A program made the translations under genes and the position numbers. A model generated the notes under the pieces. The model made no database searches and had not been told where the DNA came from. It was given only the letters and a program-made list of their open reading frames with translations. A stretch of 64,000 nt of DNA, from assembly GCA_951406725.2 (NCBI GenBank), contig OX597825.1, forward strand, positions 74,586,001 to 74,650,000, given 5' to 3'. The DNA comes from Octopus vulgaris (lineage: Eukaryota). Of the stretch, positions 54,232-64,000 are shown piece after piece. The stretch's first letter is position 1. Every line of letters starts with the position of its first letter.

Positions 54232-54968
54232 TAGAATTTTAAAATTCGCACGCTCAAAAGGTTTACAGAATGTCATAATAAACCTTAAAAAGTATAGGAC
54301 TATCATTGTTGCTCCAACGTATTGGAATCACTATATGCTGTACATTCTGTGGCATCTTAAAACGAAAAGAGACTTATGTGTGAATTACGATGTCCTGATA
54401 ATTATTAAACAGAATCCTTAATATAAAAATTTGAAAACCTACAAAATATGATTTTTAATTTCGAATACGTAAATTCATTATAATACTCTTCATACCAAAG
54501 TATATAAGAAACATATTTCACGCAGCATGAAAATTACCATGATAATAAAGAAAAACTAGATTTATGATGAAGTCGAATCAATATAACAGCGAAAGTACGA
54601 AACCGAAATAATTATAAGATAATTCGCATTATGATACACATATTAATGGAATAGTTATGCGATTAAAACAAATTATTAAAAGATTATTTTTTATTGATTA
54701 CTTGTAAATTTATAAAAATCATCATTCATAGGTTGAATTATTGCGTAAATATGACATTAGTATTTGTACACGATTGCTTTATTAAAATTGACTATACGAT
54801 AATTTAACTTCATTAATTTTTAATATAGCTTAATTTCGATGAACTAAACAAATTTCTTGTGGTGAAAGGACGCCACAGAATGTACAACATATAGTTATTC
54901 CAATATTTTAAGCAACATTGCTAATCCCATTCTGTGACCCTTTTGAGCGTGCGAATTTTTCAGTTCTA
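54232..54968. mobile_element. Non-autonomous DNA element (MITE-like) with ~40-bp TIRs
   Basis: tagaattttaaaattcgcacgctcaaaaggtttacagaatg / cattctgtgacccttttgagcgtgcgaatttttcagttcta; AT-rich interior; no clear TSD. Confidence 0.75.
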
Positions 54969-56134
54969 TTTTCGCATTTTTTAAGGCAGTATGTAAGGTA
55001 AAATATTAAGGTAATATTTTATATATGTAGCGTATTTCTCCTAATGGTGAGGCATCCTCTAATAAATGCCGACCAATTGAAATAGTGTGACTGTCACAAT
55101 ATTAAAAAATGTACGATAAAATCGATAATAATTGACGTATATGTTTATTATCATATGGACAGATACTGAACAGCAGCTACTATATTATAAGTTGTACTAT
55201 AAAGAAATGTATTTGAAAGAAATATCAATAATATTAATTTTTGGAAAACCAATAGCAAAATCTAAAACGCTACACCATGCAAGGAAGAGAGGCGAAAATG
55301 AGTAAGATAACATTCTCGATGACAACTGCATGGCAGACTATTGCACATTGGCTGATTGAATTGAAAATTAACTAATAAAACTTGCTCACCATGCAAACAC
55401 CCACGGCCACCTTACACTTTAATTCGAAGTATTCAGGACTACATAATCGTATGTGTTTTGTTTTATTATTACTTTAAAATAAGGCGTGATTTAGAAAGGA
55501 TTTTGCAAGAATTTCGAACGGCTGCGAAAAGGCTCTCTTTACTATAAGGTATTTGTGATTTCTAAAGTTGACTCAAAATAAAACATTTTGAACACAGAGC
55601 AAACCTTATTAAGTGGATCTCAGTAATATATTGATTTACTCTTCAGATTTTACTAAAAGGATTACACACATTATTAAAAATATTTCACATATCAATGATG
55701 CGTATTGATTTCTCTTATATCAGTGATGTATACTGACTGAGTCATCGATATTCTATACTGATTAGTGTAGACACGACATGGCAGAATGGTCATGAATTTC
55801 TCTTCGGAATCAACGCGATCGATTGGGTAGGCAGGAACGTGGGGAAATCTATCGGGTGTATTTTAGTTGAAATTCAAATGGTTCCGCCTTGTCACACTAT
55901 GTGTTGTACTATAACTCCGCCAGAAAATTGAATTAACAGCACACGTATCTGAGGAATGCTCAGCTACTTACACCACTTTTCCGCTAGGCAGTTTAGTAGA
56001 TCAGTTGAATACACATGTTCGAAACCAACGGAGATTTATTTTATTGATTTGACGCATACCAACAGCATATATACTCTTAAATTAAATTAATGATCAGTTC
56101 TATATTTAAGAGATGAGGAATTATGTACGACTAG

Positions 56135-56359
56135 AAAAGTTCTAGGATGCATCAGTCTTGTTGTCAGGTTTCCATGGCGCATAATTGACCGAGGTCACAC
56201 AGGACGTCAGTCTGTCGAAGGCTTACTCATTTACAGACGAATGATCTGGAGCAACGTGAAATGAAGTGATTTGTACAAGAACCTTTCGATCAGGGAATCG
56301 AAACCACAATCCGACGATTGTGAGGGCAACATACTTTCCACTAAGTTACGTGCCTTCAC
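56135..56359 (-). mobile_element. SINE with C-like head and alternative tail (T3)
   Basis: Reverse 'gtgaaggcacgtaacttagtgg...ggtttcgattccctg...tttcacgttgctccag...gactgacgtcc...cgccatggaaacctg'. Confidence 0.65.
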
Positions 56360-56376
56360 TTTAATATATGAAACCA

Positions 56377-56705
56377 GTGAAGGTGCATGACTCAGTGTTT
56401 AGAGCGTCGGGTTCACAATCATAACGTAGTGAGTTCGGTTCCCGGACCGGGCTGTGTGTTGTATTCTTGAGCAAGACACTTTATTTCATGTTTCTACAGT
56501 TCACTCAGCTTTAGAAATGGGTTGCGATGTCATTTGTGCTTAGCTGTATTGGCCCCTTTGCCTTTCTCTTGGATAATATCAGTGGCGTGGAGAGAGGAAA
56601 CTGGTATTCATGGGCGACTGCCGGTCTTCCATAAACAACCTTGCCCGGACTTGTACCGCGGTGGATAACTTTCTATATGCAATACCGAAGGGGCTCTTTA
56701 CCTTT
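56377..56705 (+). mobile_element. SINE family C, near full length
   Basis: Colinear with 832-1149 and 24761-25045. Confidence 0.9.
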
Positions 56706-57079
56706 TATTAATATATCATATATCAATGGTGGGTACTGATTTATCGTATGTAAAAGGTATGTTCTGGTTTATCGTCTGTCAATGGTGGATATCGATTTTC
56801 ATTCCAATCAATCATATTGAGAGAAACTCTCTTCAGAACGCTCTTATCTTTACTCTTATCACCACGTTAAATATCTTTTATTCCGTCCATAAATTACAAA
56901 GGGTAAATAGTACAAATTATTAGCAAAATTAATTAGTGAAATATTTATTGAATAATTACAGGAAATTATCAAACTGAATGTATATAATCAAAGAAGTTTT
57001 ATGTAGCTACAACTATTCTAGCATTAGCGTGAAAATAACTGTAAACGTTCTATATAATGTGTGTGTGTGTGTGTGTGTG

Positions 57080-57128
<49 letters not shown>

Positions 57129-57169
57129 GTGTGTGTGTATATATATATATAGAGAGAGAGAGAGACAGA

Positions 57170-57546
<377 letters not shown>

Positions 57547-57547
57547 A

Positions 57548-57696
57548 CATGGCTGTCTAGAAGGAAATTTGCTTCGTAACCATGTGGTTTCGGGTTCATT
57601 GCCGCTGCGTGGCACTTTGGGCCAATGTCTTCAACTATAATCTCGGGTTTACTAAAGTCTTGTGAGTGGATTTGCCAGGAGGAAACTGCAAAGAAA
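57548..57696 (+). mobile_element. SINE family B, 5' part
   Basis: 'cgggttcattgccgctgcgtggcactttgggcc...ttgtgagtggatttg'. Confidence 0.75.
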
Positions 57697-58440
57697 TTGA
57701 AATTGGAGAGTTTCAGGAATTCATCCGCTGCTGAAAGCTTTGTGAAAGAAATTTAGTGAACAGGATCTCTGTCGTATGGATGTCTGTTATTATTTGGTGA
57801 TATATTTCATTCGTCATATTGTATAATCCCACTGCCACCGCCTGGTGCTTGGAAACCAAGCTAATGGTCAGCCGATAATTTCCCTTTCCTTCACTTGTCG
57901 TGGAGGCTCTTAAGAGAGCTATGAATGCTGCCTACTCTTCTCGGAATAAAACATTCCAAAAATAAAAAACATAACAGATAAGAAGTTACTTAATTTTTAG
58001 TCGCTACGAAAAATATATCGTCTAACAGTTTTATATCTTTATTGCTATTGAATCTGTAGTGTGTTTGGATTCAAGAGAAATATTCTTACCGTTATTTTGA
58101 TGTTTCTGGATAAGAATCAGCATTAGAATTCAATGGAAATGTATTTAAGGTATTTACGATTAAAAGAAATGGGTTTCTGTAATGTGTTTGTATGAACATT
58201 TGTATGCTTCTTTTAATCATAGACAAGATAGTTAAGATAACTACAGCTAACCTATAATAGTTATTTCGTGGCGAATAGTAGCAACTGTACTTTTGTATTA
58301 CCTTCTCTTTCAATGGAAATATAAATAATCATGATATGAAAGCTGATAGTAAATGCTTGGTTTATCTATTTTCGAAATGTAATATCATTTTGTAAATCAG
58401 AGTAAATACTTGCAATACTAATATGCTGCAAACTTTAAGG

Positions 58441-58995
58441 CGTCTGCCGTTACGTTCTGAGTTCAAATTCCGCCGAGGTCGACTTTGTCTTTCATCCTTT
58501 CGGGGTCGATAAATTAAGTACCAGTTACGCACTGGGGTCGATGTGATCGACTTAATCCCTTTGTCTGTCCTTGTTTGTCCCCTCTGTGTTTAGCCCCTTG
58601 TGGGTAGTAAAGAAATAGGTATTTCGTCTGTCTTTACGTTCTGAGTTCAAATTTCGTCGAGGTCGACTTTTCCTTTCATCCTTCCGTGGTCGATAAATTA
58701 AGTACCAGTTTCGTACTGGGGTCGATTTAATCGACTGTCCTCCTTCCCTAATATTTCGAGCCTCGTGCCTAGAGTAGAAAAAAAATTGCTTAGCGATATT
58801 TCGTATTTATGTTCTGAGTTCAAATTCCCCCGAAGGCGAATTTTGCCCTTGGTCCTTTTAGGTTCGATAAAACAAATACCAGTTGAAAACTGGGTTAGTC
58901 TAATCAACTTAGACCCTTCCTCGAAAATACTGTCCTTGTACGAAAATTTGAAATAAGGCACCGAACTGGCATCTTGTACCTAAATTTGAAATCAA
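58441..58995 (+). mobile_element. SINE-A multimer (three cores)
   Basis: Cores at 58441, 58625 and about 58800; 184-bp period between the first two. Confidence 0.9.
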
Positions 58996-60946
58996 TATAC
59001 GGCAAACTGCGAACTCGTAGGCAATAAAAACAGGGAGTGACTGATGCTGTGAATACTCGAAGAGACAATCCCATTAATTCTTATATCCAAAAAACCTAGC
59101 TACCGAGAAATAGCGATCGAATCACTATAATTCTTCAATTCATTTTCAGCTTTATTTCCTCGAAAAGTCCATGCAACCTCATGTTAGATTCCTTCAATGG
59201 GAATTCAATAATTTTAAATGTCTTAATCCAAACTAAATACCTCTAGGTTTACAATTTCTTTCATTACAACTTATTTGTCCAAGAATCATGCAACAGAGTC
59301 TAAATGTCTTTACGAACGTTTACCAAAAAAGTAACAAACACTGATATTATTGATTTTTAAATTCTTCTTCTTTATTTATTTATTTATTTATTTATTTATT
59401 TCTTCCTTCATATCTTTCTGTCTTTCTTTTTTCTTTCTTTCTCTCTGTCTGTCTTTCTTCCTTTCTTTCTGTCTCTCTTTTCTTTCTGTCCTAAGAATAA
59501 GCTAGTTCAAGTTTTATTCTCTAGCGATGGTCAGACAAATATCTTTATTGATTTATCGATGAATTCCGACATGCGTATAAAAGAATTCTTGTTATCTCAT
59601 GAATGAGATGCAACTAGTCGATGATGATGCATCTTTATTTTCACTCTTGGTACTTTGGCATCGGTTCAAATGCGGAAATTCTATAGGGAGGGAAAGGAAA
59701 TATTGTTGTTTTTTCATTTAGCTAAGTAAATGATACAATCCAAAGGTTTTGGGTAATACATCAAAATTTAAATTTTCAAACTGGAAATATTTTCTTTGTT
59801 TCCCGTAATTCCGTATTACGCTTCTGTTTATCGTCCATATAAACGGAGCCGTCTTTAATTTTTGCCTAATCCCTCCCAGCTTCACCCCCAAAAATGCGGT
59901 TTATTGATATAATGGATGACAACAAAATCTCTTTAAACACTGGCAGGAACTGAGAAAAGTTTTAGGAAGATATTTTATTTCCAGTTGCGCATAAAGAGTA
60001 TCTCTGATTCTAGTAGAAAGTTTCTCTATTTTTTTCCACTTGACATATACGTATTCAGAAACCATTGATAAGTACAATGTTACGTCAGCATTGACTCAAA
60101 AGCTATATCCGATTATATTTAATGTCAATTTATTGATGGGAGGCTCTTTGAAAGTATTGCAGTAACTCATACAATCAATTTCAAACAACGAAAATAACGG
60201 CTATTTGATTGTGTCCCCTCCAAGTTAAATTAATGTCAAGAGAACGTATACATAGAACAGAGGAAAATAAAACAGATACCTAGAGATAAGAGGTTTAGTC
60301 TGCTCAAAGAAAAGTAAAAACTTCTGCAATATGGTCCGATAATTCCGTTTGATCAAAGTACTTTGTGATAACTTATTAATAGACAAAAACCGTTGGAAAA
60401 GTACTTTGAGTATGACAACGACAAAAATCTGCCTTATCTTTCGTTGCACAAGAATCGATATCAACGGTGGTTTGAAAATTACGTTTTATCAATTTATTAC
60501 AACTTGTTTCACTCGAGAAATAAAAAAAAAAACAAGAATCGCTATCTTTATTTGGAAATGTTAATTATTGGTTTGCTTCAGTAAAGACACAAATTCAAGT
60601 TGCAGGAGTGGTTTGGAATTACCCAATTGTATTGCTGGCACTTATTGTAGCAATGCTTCAGAGCTGAATACCAAAGTTAGTCTCGTGTATTCCTATTACT
60701 GTTCAGAATACGTCGTTTTGTATCTTGTTTACTAGTTTCTTTATGTGAACATAATGCTCACATAATTTATATCGAGTGTACGTTTAAGTTTATCATTAGA
60801 ACAACAACAAATCTGGGAACAGTCATTTTAGTGGCATAATGGTATATATTTGCAGTTAACAGGGATGACCAAGAAGCACTTAAGCTTCATCTTGCCTATA
60901 GACTCTGGACGCATTCTATTATATGTTCAGTATACGTTTTATTCGT

Positions 60947-61250
60947 AGAGGCGCAATGGCTCAGTGGTTAGGGCAGCGCACTCGCGGTCGGAGAATCGCG
61001 ATTTCGATTCCCAGACCGGGTGTTGTGTGTGTTTATTGAGTGAAAACACCGAAAAGCTCCATGAGGCTCCGGCAGGGGGTGGTGGCGATCCCTGTTGTAC
61101 TCTTTCGCCACAACTTCTTCTCACTCTCTCTTCCTGTTTCTTGAGTAACGCTGCGATGGACTAGCGTCCCGTCCAGTTGGGGGGAAAACATACGCCACAG
61201 AAACCGGGAAACCGGGCCCATGATCCTGGCTGGGCTTGAAAAGGGCAAAA
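60947..61250 (+). mobile_element. SINE family D head with tail T3
   Basis: tRNA-like head 'gaggcgcaatggctcagtggttagggcagcg...tttcgattcccagaccggg'; tail 'ctgcgatggactagcgtcccgtccag...gaaaccgggcccatga'. Confidence 0.85.
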
Positions 61251-61944
61251 GAAGAAGATCTGTTTTATGCTATTATTATCAGACTCACAGTTCAAACATA
61301 AAATTCGATTTCCAAACAGGGTAAGATAATTCACTGATATCAATAGTAGAAACCTTATTTTCCCGAATTTCCCATAGCAAGGGATCACTGGGAAGTGACA
61401 TAGAAGAACAGGTACCTTGCAATTCTGAACGGGGAGGTCACTGAATAGAGAGAAGGACTGAAAATGTTGCAGGACTGTGATTGGCCAGGACTGTTTTACT
61501 CGAAATAATCAACGTTTGAGTGCATTTACTGCCGATGGCGGCCGATGCAGAGCAGGAAGCGCGCCAACCAGTCCTGTTATATTTGGGAGAAAGAGAAGTG
61601 TGTAAAATATGGATGCGTAGGGCACAGCCGTGAATAACTGTAGCTCCATCTAAATCACGCTATACTGTCTGCAAAACTGAAACTGCAGATTAAATAATAG
61701 TTCTATATATCTTTCAAGAGGTAATGTGACCATCGGTCAACGCAATCATAATTAAAGTTTGGACTATACAACAGCAAATCTGAAAGCAACCACCTCAGTT
61801 ACATACTGGTAACAGAGATGCCCAAGAAACACTTCAGCTTCCTCTTGCCAATATACTCCGGATGCATTGTCGCTGGTAATGTTTGAATAGCCGAGCTTTC
61901 GACAGTATATATTGAATTCAGTGAACAGTGCTACCGAAAGGGAT

Positions 61945-62195
61945 CAAAGGCTCTCCCTGATCCAGAGGCTCATAAGACCGGTATCGCGGATTCTGTAGCG
62001 TAAATGCATTTACTCGTGGGTGGGACACCGGACACCAGTTCATTGCTGGATTATTCATATTTGTTACCTGATTGGACTATAAAACAAGGAAATTTTTTTT
62101 TTCAAGAACAAAATGAATCATCCGGTCCATGGATGAAAACCACGATCCTATAATCAAGAGTGCATCGCCCTAACAACAAAGCCACGTGCCTCCAC
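61945..62195 (-). mobile_element. Old SINE with tail T3
   Basis: Reverse 'gtggaggcacgtggc...ttagggcgatgcactc...gcaatgaactggtgtcc...cgctacagaatccgcgataccgg'. Confidence 0.55.
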
Positions 62196-62531
62196 GAACT
62201 GCGTGTATTATTCACATTTACGCACACAGACACACTCACATTCATACTCATATATCTATTTATTTTTTATTGATTTATCGATGAATTTCGACATGCGTAT
62301 CGATGATATATCGATGAATTCCGACATGCGTATAAAAGAATTCTTGTTATCTCATGAATGAAATGCAACTAGTCGATGATGATGCATCTTTATTTTCCAT
62401 CTTGGTACTTTGGCATATATACAAAAATATATAAACGCACACACACACACATACACACACACACACATATATATATATATGTATATATAAGTACATATAT
62501 ACACATATATGTGTATGTGTGTGTGCATATG

Positions 62532-62573
<42 letters not shown>

Positions 62574-62576
<3 letters not shown>

Positions 62577-62797
62577 TCTTTACTCTTTACTCTTTTACTT
62601 GTTTCAGTCATTTGACTGCGGCCATGCTGGAGCACCGCCTTTTAGTCGAGCAAATCGACCCCGGGACTTATTCTTTGTAAGCCCAGTACTTATTCTATCG
62701 GTATCTTTTGCCGAACCGCTAAGTGACGGGGACGTAAACACACCAGCATCGGTTGTCAAGCAATGCTAGGGGGACAAACACAGACACAAAAACACAT

Positions 62798-62836
<39 letters not shown>

Positions 62837-62982
62837 TACAACAGGCTACCAAATCCACTCACAAGGCATTGGTCGGCCCGGTGCTATAGCAGAAGGCACT
62901 TGCCCAAGATCCCACGCAGTGGGACTGAACCTGGAACCATGTGGTTGGTTAGCAAGCTACTTACCACACAGCCACTCTTGCG

Positions 62983-62986
<4 letters not shown>
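62574..62986 (-). mobile_element. SINE family B, young full-length copy between (TA)n tracts
   Basis: Complete head, CORE-like block, internal microsatellite and (AAGAGTA)n tail. Confidence 0.92.
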
Positions 62987-63021
<35 letters not shown>

Positions 63022-63093
63022 ATATTTTATGTTTATTGTCATGTATATATGTATGTGTATGTGTATATATATTTATAAATATATATATATGCA

Positions 63094-63155
<62 letters not shown>

Positions 63156-63187
63156 TATATGTGTTATATGTATGTATGCATGTTTCA

Positions 63188-63571
63188 AGAAGCACTCCGT
63201 CGGTTACGACGACGAGGGTTCCGGTTGATCCGATCAACAGAACAGCCTGCTCGTGAAATTAACGTGTAAGTGGCTGAGCACTCCACAGACACGTGTACCC
63301 TTAACGTAGTTCTCGGGGATATTCAGCGTGACACAGAGAGTGACAAGGCCGGCCCTTTGAAATACAGGTACAACAGAAACAGGAAGTAAGAGCGAGAGAA
63401 AGTTGTGGTGAAAGAGTACAGCAGGGATCACCACCATCCCTGCCGGAGTCTCGTGGAGCTTTTAGGTGTTTTCGCTCAATAAACACTCACAACGCCCGGT
63501 CTGGGAATCGAAACCGCGATCCTACGACCGCGAGTCCGCTGCCCTAACCACTGGGCCATTGCGCCTCCACC
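63188..63571 (-). mobile_element. SINE family D, full length (tail T2)
   Basis: Reverse 'gtggaggcgcaatggcccagtggttagggcagcggactcgcggtcgtaggatcgcggtttcgattcccagaccggg' through 'gtaaccgacggagtgcttc'. Confidence 0.9.
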
Positions 63572-64000
63572 GTATGCATGTATGTATGTAAACACATACA
63601 CAAACCTAAAAATGCATATTTGTATAAATGTGTGGCTATATAAATGCGTGTATATATAAGTGTGTGTATATATGTTCGTTTATATATGTTAATGTTATGT
63701 GTGTGTGTGCGTGTGTGTGCGTGTGTGTGTGTGTTTGTGTAGATATACACAAAACCACTGATTTTACTTATTAGGTATTAAATAATCTTGTAACATTGTT
63801 CCTTATATATTCACTGCAATCATGCTGTTTTCTCGATTACCGCTACTTTAGATCAAATAAAATATTTAATGGCATTCAACCATGAAAATTTCATAATGAC
63901 AAGGAATACATCATATCTGACATCTTCTAGTAAATAAATAAGTAAATGAATAGACAAATAGATGAATAAAATATAGGAAAGCAATAAGAACTATGCACTA

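Noticed and set aside
63500-63571. tRNA gene-like sequence (also at 45112, 60947 and the C-family heads)
   Set aside because: SINE heads: continuous with SINE bodies, and no clean cloverleaf or terminator seen

Overview
AT-rich, microsatellite-dense eukaryotic non-coding DNA (intergenic or a very large intron). The SINE repertoire matches what I recall from Octopus (coleoid cephalopod) genomes; this assignment is inference and was not database-checked. No intact host protein-coding gene, rRNA, true tRNA or CRISPR array is supportable, and nearly all ORF-track entries are translations of (TA)n/(CA)n/(AAT)n/(GATA)n repeats or antisense SINE frames. The window is a mosaic of mobile DNA. It holds dozens of tRNA-derived SINE copies from at least four families (labelled A-D here), three different decayed mariner elements, a maT/DD37D-like element, a Tc1 MITE, an unclassified 40-bp-TIR MITE, a Helitron Rep fragment, a Helentron-type non-autonomous element, Penelope-like and CR1-like fragments, and a young 5'-truncated R4/Dong-type RLE retrotransposon sitting in an (AAT)n tract. 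The most interesting observations are a fixed 184-nt re-iteration junction in SINE-A, head/tail module swapping among SINEs, decayed hammerhead-like motifs next to (TA)n tracts, a ~190-bp inverted repeat enclosing a LINE fragment, and repeated short locally templated duplications. I found no convincing new protein-based system.
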